This document shows positions 50,161-59,821 of a DNA stretch of 64,000 bases, in pieces. The notes below the pieces were generated by a model, which had not been told where the DNA came from, did not search any database, and was given only the letters and a program-made list of their open reading frames with translations. A program made the position numbers and the translations under genes. How positions within the stretch are numbered: position 1 is the stretch's first letter; every line of letters starts with the position of its first letter. The DNA comes from Balanoglossus misakiensis (lineage: Eukaryota > Animalia > Hemichordata). The stretch spans positions 7,580,468 to 7,644,467 of the forward strand of contig CM082596.2 in NCBI GenBank assembly GCA_040954595.2. Direction: 5' to 3'.

Positions 50161-50824
50161 CCTTTTTGATTTAGGGGTAAACAAAAAACTAACCTAACCT
50201 AACAACTTACTCCTTCACAGAGACAACAAATCAACTAGACTACATCCGAAAACTATAAAAACAGAAGAAAACAACGGGAGCCCCTAGGCAGGCCGAAACC
50301 ACGTCGGTTCGAAGTACAAGGGCGTACGACACCCCCTGCCCAATTCTCCAAAGTAAAGGTAACGATCGAAACAATATTAAAACTAAACGAAAAATACAAC
50401 AACTTAAGAGCAAAGTAATGTTGAAAAACCAGCACAAATGAACAGTCGTAACACGACCTGACCCCACCCCAATCTTTATTTTTAACAGGTCAAAGGTTAC
50501 AAAGCACCAATCAAAAACTCGCTCTAAAAGAATCCAAGAATACATCACTGAAGAAATGCTGAAAAGACAAGAGGAGAAATACAGAATACAACGAAGAAAT
50601 ACCATAACCAAGTGGAAAGGAACGCAATGTACAGCCAGGTGAAACACCCATACACACTCGCACTCATTCGAAAACACGCGGTAAAAAACGAAAAACGCGA
50701 GACACTCTGTTTTGCGCGGCGAAGAGTAATCACGTGTGCAGTTAACTGAAGACGAAGTAACCGGATATCATCGACGATGACGAAAAAACCGCGAATGCGG
50801 GTAAGTGAAAACAAAACAACCAGC

Positions 50825-53800
50825 TCAGATCAAGATTCGCGGTCCTGAGCTCGAACGAACGGCAAGGATCCCGGCAATACCCCACTGACTGTAAAATTCC
50901 TCAGTTGTCAGTCTAACTCGATCAGCCTGGAGACGCTGCCGAATCTCATCTTTGACGGTAAGTAAAACGTCCTCTGGAGATAGGAAAATATACTCAAAGG
51001 CCGCCTGACATCGCGTCCGCCAAATACACATTTTTGTCACATTCACTATGTACATCACCAGCGCCCGGTTGGCCCGCGACAAATTACACTCCGTAAGTCC
51101 TCGTAAGATGAGATTTTCATCGAACTTAAGCGCGCCTCTCAGTCGGTACAAACGGTTCTCTACCCAAGCCCACACATAGTTAGCATGTTGACAAAATATC
51201 AAAGCGTGGGCTAACGATTCCACCGCCGCGCAATTTTCACGCGGGCAGTACGGCACGACGCGACGCATTCCCCAAGCAACAAGACGGGAGCGAATCGGTA
51301 GTACGTTGTGCGCGCAGCGCCAAGCTAGATCTTTCAAGGTGTTGTCTAAACTAGAAGTGTGCACAGAAGACCAAACATCTTTCCAACACAAGGACGGAGA
51401 ACGCTTGACCACAGGTGGAACGGTATCAATAGCCGAAAGCAAAAGATGGTAAGTATGTACAGACTTTAAATTACTCCAAGAAAGTGAGTTTTTACATAGG
51501 AGTGGAAATAAGCTCTTAACCAAGGTTACAACAGTCGAATACCAAAGCGGACATTCCGCATACTGTGGCAAGGTATTTGACCAAAAGAAGGGAAACAGAG
51601 AACGTAGGGGTAAAGAAAAGTAACGTTTCATCAGGAAGTGAACAGGTTTAACAGTAACGTCCTGAATCAACGGGAGAAACTGAGAAAGTAATAAAGCTTT
51701 TGCTTTCAACTCTAGGTTAACAAGACCCAGCCCCCCCTTTTCCAGAGGCTGGTAGAGAACAAGACGACGCACAAGCTCTGGTTTCTTCCCACTCCAGATG
51801 AAGGAAAATAAGGCTGTGTTAAACTTTGCAATCACGGAAGGCGGAGGTGGAAATAAGGCTGCCACATACCACATAGCTGGCATGATAACAACATTGGCAA
51901 CAAGAACTTTCCCGAAAAGTGTCAAACGCCGTCCCCCCCACTTGGAGAAGATTTTCAGGCACTTCTGAAGTTTCAGGGACCAATTGACTATAGGGGCGCC
52001 CTCACCAAAACAGACACCGTTGATGAAAATACTGTCGTTGCTGAACTGAAGTTGCTCCGGACTGTCAGAGCGCCCTCTCCAGTTCCCCAGCCATAAACCT
52101 TTGCACTTCTTACGGTTTATGCAAGAGCCTGAAGCTAAAGCAAAACGGGAAAAAATATCAAAAATAACTTTGAAGGAAGCGTTGTCAGTGACTAAGACTG
52201 TGTTGTCATCAGCATACTGCAACAGTTTAACTGAATGCGGATAACCAGGAATGTTAAAGCCCTGAACTTTTTGCTCTGCCTGGATAACTGCGGCAAGCGG
52301 CTCAATAAACAGAACATAAAGAAGCGGAGAGAGGGGACACCCCTGCCGCACACCTCTACCAATAACCACAGGATCACTGAGAAATCCGTTAACTAGAAAT
52401 GAACTGGAAATATCGGTGTACAGTATTTGTATCCAGTCGCGGAACACTGAACCAAAATTAAATTTCTCAAGAACTTTATGCAAAAACACCCAGTCAACTG
52501 TATCAAAAGCCTTACGTTGATCTAAGGAGACAATGGCACCCTGACTGTTACGAGAATTACAACGAAACAGAAAATCCCGAACAATATGCAGATTGTCAGT
52601 AATGGATCGACCCTTGACCCCACACGTCTGAAACGGATTGACAAGGTCAGGCAAGACTGAACTCAATCTGTTGCACAGCACTTTTGCAATAATCTTGTAA
52701 TCAACATTCAATAATGATATCGGGCGCTTATTGTCAGGCCGATACTGCCCATTCACGTCGCCAGGCGGTACTGATTTGCTAAGAAGGGTGACAACTGCCC
52801 ATCTCTGTGATGCACCCAGACGTTTTTTGGCAAGGATATCGTTACAAACCTCCAGATATATTGGGCCAAGCGTATCCCACAGCCTGACATAAACCTCCTT
52901 CTGAAAGCCATCCGAACCTGGTGCTTTACCGTTCTTCATTGACTTCATGGCAGATGTCAGCTCCTCCATAGTAAAAGGGGCATCCAAGCGTGCCTGCTGC
53001 TCTGGGTCCAGTGCTCTCTCTAATTTGGAAATAAAGAAATCCTGCTCACTAGAACTAAGCGAATCTGTCGGCGAAAAAAGACTGGCGAAATAATCACAAA
53101 TGACTGAAGAAATACCATCTTGATCAGTACGAATATTGCCATCAACATCAACCATTTTGGAAATACACTTCTTGACAGCTCTCTTGCGCTCACGCGCAAA
53201 GAAAAACCGAGAACATTTCTCTTCGTGCTCCAGCCAATGCGCACGCGAACGGATCTTGACACCCGCAAGTTTCTCCTGTGTCAACTTGTTAATGCGCTCT
53301 TTAACACTATTATAATCGTTCAAAATAGACCGAGAACGCTTTCCAGAATTCAAGCAAGACGTCAAATCCCGCAACTGATCACACAACGAAGATAAAAGCG
53401 CCTTCTTTTTAAGAGCCACTTTCCGTGAATGTTTCTTAACCAAGGCCTTTAAACGCTCTTTGACCATGTCCCACCAATCAGACAAGCATGGGAAGGCTTC
53501 CTGCAAAGTGACCCAATTAGCAACACGATGGCGGATCTCATCAAGGACCGAGGGGTCAGACAAAATGGAAACATTGCACTTCCACACCCCAGGACCCCTA
53601 CGAACAGACTGACCACCCCTAATTGATACCGAACACATATCATGGTCGGACAGGGAGCAAGGAACAATATTGGACGAGGTTTTCAACGCACTAGACATGT
53701 AAAAGCGATCAAGACGACTACCAACCGAACAAGAACGATTTCGCCATGTATATTCCTGTAGGTTTTCATGCTGACGGCGCCAAACATCAACCAAGCTGTA

Positions 53801-54376
53801 ATCAGAACATAACTTTTGCAGAACTTCACTACCTATGAAGCAAGTAGTATTCGAAGCGGACCCCCCAAACCGATCAACTGGACAAGAAACACAATTAAAG
53901 TCACCACCCAAAATAATATTGCTATGGCTACCGATGAAATCAGATAAACCTGCAAAGAAATTAATCCTAACTGAAGGACTGTTAGGCGCATACACATTAA
54001 TTAAACGGCAAGTAAATGCACTAAAGGAGACAGTACCCGCCACCAGACGCCCATCCACATCTGAAGTAAAATCCTGCAGGGAAAAACCGGATGACGGAGA
54101 GATCAAAATGCCCACTCCCCTGCTGCTATTGGACCCTAAGCTCCAATAATTGGGGCCTCCCCACTCCCTTCCCCACATTGCCATCTCCCTAGAAGAACTA
54201 CAATGGGTCTCCTGCAAGAAGATAATATCAAACTTACTGTCTCTAAAGGAAGCAAACAAAGAGTTACGCTTAACAGAATCCTTCATACCATTAACATTGA
54301 TGGAACATAAATTCAACATGGTAAAAAGAAGAAAAAAACAATTGGCCATCAAGAAACCAAAGAGAAAGCTAAGCAC
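50825..54376 (-). CDS. Retrotransposon ORF2: AP endonuclease, reverse transcriptase and CCHC finger
   Basis: SINVNG, FLQETH, NVYAPN, GGDFN, RLDRFY, SDH (APE). KAPGSDG, RPISLLNVDYKI, LDQRKAFD, QGCPLSP, YADD (RT). CPRENC..ESLAHALIFC. Likely true start is ATG 54319 (MLNLCS). No stops. Confidence 0.95.
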   Translation of the reverse strand: MLSFLFGFLMANCFFLLFTMLNLCSINVNGMKDSVKRNSLFASFRDSKFDIIFLQETHCSSSREMAMWGREWGGPNYWSLGSNSSRGVGILISPSSGFSLQDFTSDVDGRLVAGTVSFSAFTCRLINVYAPNSPSVRINFFAGLSDFIGSHSNIILGGDFNCVSCPVDRFGGSASNTTCFIGSEVLQKLCSDYSLVDVWRRQHENLQEYTWRNRSCSVGSRLDRFYMSSALKTSSNIVPCSLSDHDMCSVSIRGGQSVRRGPGVWKCNVSILSDPSVLDEIRHRVANWVTLQEAFPCLSDWWDMVKERLKALVKKHSRKVALKKKALLSSLCDQLRDLTSCLNSGKRSRSILNDYNSVKERINKLTQEKLAGVKIRSRAHWLEHEEKCSRFFFARERKRAVKKCISKMVDVDGNIRTDQDGISSVICDYFASLFSPTDSLSSSEQDFFISKLERALDPEQQARLDAPFTMEELTSAMKSMKNGKAPGSDGFQKEVYVRLWDTLGPIYLEVCNDILAKKRLGASQRWAVVTLLSKSVPPGDVNGQYRPDNKRPISLLNVDYKIIAKVLCNRLSSVLPDLVNPFQTCGVKGRSITDNLHIVRDFLFRCNSRNSQGAIVSLDQRKAFDTVDWVFLHKVLEKFNFGSVFRDWIQILYTDISSSFLVNGFLSDPVVIGRGVRQGCPLSPLLYVLFIEPLAAVIQAEQKVQGFNIPGYPHSVKLLQYADDNTVLVTDNASFKVIFDIFSRFALASGSCINRKKCKGLWLGNWRGRSDSPEQLQFSNDSIFINGVCFGEGAPIVNWSLKLQKCLKIFSKWGGRRLTLFGKVLVANVVIMPAMWYVAALFPPPPSVIAKFNTALFSFIWSGKKPELVRRLVLYQPLEKGGLGLVNLELKAKALLLSQFLPLIQDVTVKPVHFLMKRYFSLPLRSLFPFFWSNTLPQYAECPLWYSTVVTLVKSLFPLLCKNSLSWSNLKSVHTYHLLLSAIDTVPPVVKRSPSLCWKDVWSSVHTSSLDNTLKDLAWRCAHNVLPIRSRLVAWGMRRVVPYCPRENCAAVESLAHALIFCQHANYVWAWVENRLYRLRGALKFDENLILRGLTECNLSRANRALVMYIVNVTKMCIWRTRCQAAFEYIFLSPEDVLLTVKDEIRQRLQADRVRLTTEEFYSQWGIAGILAVRSSSGPRILI

Positions 54377-54424
54377 AGATCAACTCTAAGCCGACGCACA
54401 ACCCCCAAAACACGGAACTGATAT

Positions 54425-55867
54425 TTATGCATTAAAGAAGTAAAAATCAAAAAAGGACAAGTCCTTAGACAAAACAAAAACAGGGTGAACAGAAACTAAG
54501 TGTTCCATCCATTTGACTGGATCCGGAAAGGAAAGGTGCTTACATTTTTTTATTGGACACTGAACTAGAAGTGGGTCGATGCCGTGCATCTCTTTACAAT
54601 GATTTTGCATGGCTTCCCAGCCATGAACGCAGGACGCACAATCACCCGAGAACGTGTTACATGACGAGTACACAGTCGACAAGTCCATAATGGATGAAAG
54701 ACGCACAGAATCTAACGCCTTTTGACGTAATTCAACTGTAGACTGTGAGAAAACGGAACCAGACGCATGTGAGGTCACTGAACAATCAGAGTCGGCTTCG
54801 CTATCAACCGCACCAGTTAAAGAAACCGACTTGCTATCACCATCAACAGCCACTCTCTTAACCATCTCATCGTTATCGTCATCATTATCATCAGACGGCG
54901 CAGGACGCTTAGCAGAAGACGAACAAAGCATATCCGTAGAAGAAAAAGAGGACCTTGGACTGAAAAAATCCTGTCGCTGGCCAGGAGTCACACCCATAGA
55001 AGAATTGTCTTCAACATCCATAGCATCTGAAAACAAAACTTGTGAACCCGATTCAGACACGTCTTCCGCCTCACAATCTGGAGACGGCTGCGTCACAGGA
55101 TCTGAAGCCAGCTCGCACACCTTTGAAACAATATCTTCAACAATAACATCGACAATTTCCTTCGACTCACCAGTACTTGGAGAAGCAGCCGCCTCCGTTG
55201 ACAACCAAGAATTCGACAAGGCAACTCTATTAGCAAACGACAAAGAGCAATTACGATAAACATGCCCATCCCCCCCACAAATGGAACACTTCACATTTGC
55301 CGTGCATTCTGCAACCGTGTGTCCTAGCTGTGCACACCTAAAACAACGCACGTTGACGCAGTCTTTAGCCAAGTGGCCTGTATTGTTACACTTGATACAC
55401 GTGCGAGGCTGACCAGAATAGGAAAACCACGCGTTCCTACCACCAATACGTATAACGGAGGGAATATTTTTCTTCAGACGCATACGGTACTGCCTCGTGC
55501 CGTTAAAAACTGATGGTTCGTATGCATACACACATTTCCTGGCTGCCAAGACAGTGCCATAAGCTGACAAAATGTACTGTACATAATTGTCGTCGAGCTC
55601 GTTGTCGATGTACAAAACGGTTACCACTACAATATCTGACCCATACGAATGAGTGACAAAATCCGACTTACTCCTCAACCGCTCTTCAAAGAGCCGCCTA
55701 AATGCGAGCGTCCTGAAAGTTACGTCGAACGCACTTCCAGGCAATTTCTGAACCGCCTCTAAATGAAGCTTGGCTTCCACACCCACACTACTGAGCTGAT
55801 CAAAAACTGCTTTTACATCAGCATCACTACCAAACTTCAGCAAAAGTGTGCGATCTTTGCGCACCAT
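54425..55867 (-). CDS. Retrotransposon ORF1: gag-like, three CCHC knuckles and two C-terminal C2H2-like fingers
   Basis: YSGQPRTCIKCNNTGHLAKDC, CFRCAQLGHTVAEC and CSICGGDGHVYRNC are typical of Tx1 ORF1. An acidic Ser-rich linker is followed by Cys/His pairs at the C-terminus. Confidence 0.92.
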   Translation of the reverse strand: MVRKDRTLLLKFGSDADVKAVFDQLSSVGVEAKLHLEAVQKLPGSAFDVTFRTLAFRRLFEERLRSKSDFVTHSYGSDIVVVTVLYIDNELDDNYVQYILSAYGTVLAARKCVYAYEPSVFNGTRQYRMRLKKNIPSVIRIGGRNAWFSYSGQPRTCIKCNNTGHLAKDCVNVRCFRCAQLGHTVAECTANVKCSICGGDGHVYRNCSLSFANRVALSNSWLSTEAAASPSTGESKEIVDVIVEDIVSKVCELASDPVTQPSPDCEAEDVSESGSQVLFSDAMDVEDNSSMGVTPGQRQDFFSPRSSFSSTDMLCSSSAKRPAPSDDNDDDNDEMVKRVAVDGDSKSVSLTGAVDSEADSDCSVTSHASGSVFSQSTVELRQKALDSVRLSSIMDLSTVYSSCNTFSGDCASCVHGWEAMQNHCKEMHGIDPLLVQCPIKKCKHLSFPDPVKWMEHLVSVHPVFVLSKDLSFFDFYFFNA

Positions 55868-56060
55868 GCTGAAGCAAAATAATCAAAAAACGACAAAGAA
55901 AAAAAGAGAAGCTAAAAAAAGCAACTCACACTCACGTCCCACCTGGCTTGTACCAAAAGAAAAGAAGAAACGAAGCTCCACGAGGACGTCGAACGCTGAA
56001 CAAAACACCTGTTGGAATACTCTTCTTGGATTGGATATAAACACCAGTAGCAGCAACCAA

Positions 56061-56089
56061 TGATCTTAGCCAAAAGGCCGAGAAGCGAT
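56061..56089 (-). ncRNA. RNU2: U2 snRNA, 5' portion (nt 1-29)
   Basis: Minus strand ATCGCTTCTCGGCCTTTTGGCTAAGATCA matches the conserved U2 5' end. Confidence 0.95.
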
Positions 56090-56129
56090 ATTGGCTGTCG
56101 GCCCGGAACTTTCGACGGTATCAAGCTCA

Positions 56130-56391
56130 ACAAAACTTAATGTATGGTTTGGTCGATAGGTTGCTCATTAATCAAGGTTGCATGTTTTATTTGTCATTAA
56201 ATCAAAGCTGTGGAGAAAAAACTAAAGCTTTGAATATTAAAACAACAAATTGTGAAATCAAGGATTCATGAAACAGGACTGATTTCTCTTATTTTACAAT
56301 AAAACGACAAAAAATGCATAGCACCTAAATTAACATTTATATGCAAAGTTCAAAATTAGCATATGCATAGTCTTATAAATCATATGCAAAT
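56130..56391 (-). promoter_or_regulatory. Putative snRNA promoter: PSE-like element at about -47 to -60 and an octamer at about -300
   Basis: AACCATACATTAAG (56149-56136, minus) sits at the expected PSE distance and ATGCAAAT is at 56384-56391. The motif match is loose, so this call rests mainly on position. Confidence 0.45.
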
Positions 56392-56471
56392 ATCAAGAGA
56401 ACAAATTGCCCTTATCGGCGAGGGCGTACTTGCAACAACTTTGTTAAAACTTCCTGATTTGATAATGTCCA

Positions 56472-56620
56472 CAATCTGATTAAAATCAGATGTAGGGTAC
56501 GGCGACGTTTTTTACTTACGCAGTGCGGTATTCTTATGCTGTCGCCTCACATAAGAATACAGCACTGCGTAAGTAAAAGACGTACGTCGCCGTACCCTAC
56601 ATCTGATTTTAATCAGATTG
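56472..56620. repeat. 149-bp near-perfect palindromic element
   Basis: caatctgattaaaatcagatgtagggtacggcgacgt..ttacttacgcagtgc..tattcttatg mirrors cataagaatac..gcactgcgtaagtaa..acgtcgccgtaccctacatctgattttaatcagattg. Confidence 0.85.
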
Positions 56621-58367
56621 GGGTTTCTCATGAATAACATACGCTACCCCCACCAGTGTTCAATTAAAATTCAACTGTCGTTTTTATTCGTTGGCACCCG
56701 AACAATAAAATCTAGTTGCGAAGATATACCATGCCTTAAAAGTTAAGAACATGTTTGATACCTGTCATTTACTGTCAAAATATGCAGGTGCAGGTAATTA
56801 TTTTAACAATACATAAAAAATATCAAATTATGATCAATAAAGTAAACATCGGTCAGTTCTCACTTGGTTATACCATAGACCCTATTTTCTCTAGGGTCTA
56901 TGGTTATACCCAGTACTCGCTGACCGATGTTTACTTTATCAACTTAATCCGTGGATGGACACAAATTAAGTCGTTAGCAGGCGCTTAATGGGAAATGCGA
57001 TAGCTTTTATTCTGGATTAGCTAATGATAAGACAGGTGGGGAAAATGCAGATCGAAACGTTCTCCGCCATTTATAACTTTCATGTTTGCAGCCCCCTGTG
57101 GGAATACTAATAATTACGATGCTTTGGATACGTTGTGGTCATATCTGCCGGGCTTCTTTCTACACTGTTCTGTGTTTTTTTCGCGTCCGCTTACGATATA
57201 AACCATTAACAATTGCTCAATGCAAAACGAGTGAAAAATATAATCTGGAATGAATATAGATTTTAATTCTCAAATATGTTCGTATGTAGAGTAAGCCATC
57301 AGTCACTTGGCGTATTTTTATATTTCATGTCTTGGTAATTAATTTCTTCTCCGTCTCTTGTCTTCCGCTACGTTTCGAATATTTGCCTGTAGTGGTTCAC
57401 GATAACGTTGACACTAATCTGAACGTGTTCACTCCACTCAACATGTTAAGAAATTTGTTATTTCATTTATGGCGGTGGGCTTGGAGCAAATCTAAATTCG
57501 ACAGATGTTTCAAGTGTTCCTCCCGATTGGCTGGAGAATGGCATTAACCACTGATTTGGCATAACAAGGTTCAAACACCAGGTCTCTTTCTGTATTGCTT
57601 TACGAGGCTAATTTAGTTGTCCCGGAGGCAACGTCATAAACGGGAGCTTTAAATCATGCACCGAGGAAAATATACATTTCGCTCGCCGCTCAGTCAGCTT
57701 GGATAATGAGAAATGAAACACTCACGTAACCACAGGTGCTTGTGGATGTTGATATGGAATTGCCTGTGTACAGAGAGGCCGCTCCATATCACCATTCGCA
57801 CACACCCATGCATGTGCACGAAGCGTACAGACCTCCACTCCGCCACGCCTCATTTATTTGACAAAACATTACTACTGCGCGCACGGAAACTAATGACGTC
57901 TCACAGTAACGCGTGTGCTGGTTATCGGCAAGAAAAATCTGTGTATGTTTTGTTAAAAGGGGCGAGAGAGATAGAAACAGTATTCATTCTTTAGTAGGAT
58001 ACGTTTTCAAATTTATTGTCCCGAACTAATTCACAGTCAGCTTCAAATTGTGGTTATACATCATTTGGTATGTTGAAGAATTTCTAGCATTGCTGTTGCG
58101 TCCTCGTGTTACTGTAACCCCGTACCTCCCATACCATTCCCTGTCCAAGTTGTCAAGACTTTTGGCAGCGGCAATTAATTCACGGGAGAACTGGCAGGTA
58201 CACCCACCAGATTTCAAATGGGTCATGAAAGTATAAAATTAAGTCTCTGTTCAGTGGTAAAATTTGATGAATTGTGCCTTGTCTACAATTAATTTTACTA
58301 AACTAAGTCGATTATTCGAGAAGTTGCTCTCAAAGCACATCCATTTTGTACAGGTTGACAGATTTCC

Positions 58368-58664
58368 AATAGACCATTTCCCGAACTTCACGAGACCCTG
58401 CGAGATCTCGCGTAGCTAGGTACGTCATTTTGGAGGACATTCTGATGAGGTTAAACACGTAGTCCATAGTGTTAAACGGCACGGCACAAAAATTACAATT
58501 TTGTAGGCCTCTGTACCTATTCTAGTTTCATACACACTTTGAATTGTGTAACTTGGCTAACAACCTGTTGCTAGGTAATTAACCAAGTCTCGCGAGATCT
58601 CGCAATGAACGGAAAATAATCTAATTAACCAAGTCTCGCGAGATCTCGCAATGAACGGAAAATA
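58368..58664. mobile_element. MITE-like repeat with a 42-bp terminal duplication; inverted relative at about 2840-2905
   Basis: tagaccatttcccgaacttcacgagaccctgcgagatctcgcgtag matches the reverse complement of ctacgcgagatctcgtcgggtctcgtggacttcggaaatggtcta. aattaaccaagtctcgcgagatctcgcaatgaacggaaaata occurs at 58577 and 58623. Confidence 0.6.
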
Positions 58665-58690
58665 CATGTAATCTATTGCCTCAGTTCACG

Positions 58691-59821
58691 CTATACGTAG
58701 TCAACTTTGCTATTATGCGTTGGTGGAGGTGTATAACCTTTAGGTTTGACACTGAGGAGTTCAGAAGACGTCGTTCGCCTTTGGCTGGACAGTGCACTGC
58801 CGCTGCTGTCGCTTTGCCGTCTGGCCGCGTTGACGAGCAAGTCGGCCGTGCAGATTTTCCTCACGCTCTGACGGTACTCCCGGTGCCGGAGGACGGAAGT
58901 CACCGGCCCCATGGCGGCGCTGCCCAGGGCCACCAGCATCCCGATGACCACGTACGAGTTGTCCGTGCACTGCGGGCAGAGGAGGGTGATGTGGAGGAGG
59001 ATGAGGAAGGGCAGCCAGAAGACGACGATGAAGAAGAGGATCACCAGCAGCGTGACGGTGCTCTTCTTGCTGGCTTTGAACTTGCCCGTTGCCGCCGAGG
59101 CGCCCTGCTTCGGCCGCGTGCGGTTTATATGCCTGACGGCCTGCTTGGCGATGCATATGACCCGGCTGTTGAAAAAGACGATGAGCACAATACACGGCAC
59201 CATGACGACGTAGAGTATGACCGCAAAGAAGGAAAATTTGTTGGTGGTCTTTTGGGAGCAGACGAAATCCGTATCGTTGGCTCGCTGCCAGTAGTTATTC
59301 CAGCCTAACAGCGGTGAGAAACTTATCAGTGTGGCGATCAGCCAGATCAGAATTATGACCAGGAAGCTTCTGCTTTTGGTCATCTTTCGGTCGTAGGCGA
59401 AGGGGTAGGCTACTTTGTAGTGGAGGTCAAACGAGGTCACCAGCATGTTCAGCATGAAGGTGACGAGCACGAAGATGGGCAGGCAGGTGACGGCCACGCA
59501 GCTCCAGTAGCCGTGGAACCGCTCCGGGGTGTTGGTCAGCGCGATCACCACGGGAAGCGTCACCAGGCCCACGGTCAGGCCCGCCACGGTGAAGCTGGCG
59601 TAGAAGTAGTACGAGGCGCTGTGCAGCTTCTTGTTGGTGGCGGTCGTCAGCAGAATGGCGGCGTTCAGCAGGACGATGCTGGCGCTCAGGGTTGTCATGA
59701 CGACGGTGCCGAGGGTGCCGATTCGGAGCGCCTCGTCGGTGGACATGTTGTGGCCCCTGGTCGAATTGTAGATGGTCTTGTCAATGACACAGTGATTTCC
59801 AGCGAGCATTTCGGCGCGCAT
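58691..59821 (-). CDS. Class A (rhodopsin-like) GPCR, single coding exon, 376 aa
   Basis: Seven hydrophobic segments, N-terminal glycosylation sites (NST, NMS), TM1 Asn, TM3 Cys, TM4 W..PLLGWN, ECL2 Cys, TM6 FWLPF and helix 8 REYRQSVRKI. A splice acceptor lies about 25 nt upstream of the ATG. Confidence 0.9.
   Translation of the reverse strand: MRAEMLAGNHCVIDKTIYNSTRGHNMSTDEALRIGTLGTVVMTTLSASIVLLNAAILLTTATNKKLHSASYYFYASFTVAGLTVGLVTLPVVIALTNTPERFHGYWSCVAVTCLPIFVLVTFMLNMLVTSFDLHYKVAYPFAYDRKMTKSRSFLVIILIWLIATLISFSPLLGWNNYWQRANDTDFVCSQKTTNKFSFFAVILYVVMVPCIVLIVFFNSRVICIAKQAVRHINRTRPKQGASAATGKFKASKKSTVTLLVILFFIVVFWLPFLILLHITLLCPQCTDNSYVVIGMLVALGSAAMGPVTSVLRHREYRQSVRKICTADLLVNAARRQSDSSGSALSSQRRTTSSELLSVKPKGYTPPPTHNSKVDYV

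Larger units (their letters stand above)
50161..56060 (-). mobile_element. Full-length Tx1-clade non-LTR retrotransposon inserted in U2 snRNA (Keno-like), 5.9 kb
   Basis: Bounded exactly by the two U2 halves and in the same orientation. About 190-bp 5'UTR, gag-like ORF1, APE-RT ORF2, and about 660-bp T-rich 3'UTR ending ccctaaatcaaaaagg. Confidence 0.93.

Noticed and set aside
54831-55259. Plus-strand Ser-rich ORF antisense to retrotransposon ORF1
   Set aside because: Mirror of the low-complexity Asp/Ser linker, with no ATG start and no motifs.
50161-56060. Utopia (RLE-type U2-targeting element) or a processed U2 pseudogene chimera
   Set aside because: The element has an N-terminal APE domain and a separate gag-like ORF1, which places it in Tx1. 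Both U2 halves and upstream promoter-like motifs are present, so this is an insertion into a gene and not a template-switch retrocopy.
58676-59308. 210-aa plus-strand ORF and other ORFs overlapping the GPCR
   Set aside because: Shadow ORFs caused by the GC-rich codon usage of the GPCR; no recognisable motifs.
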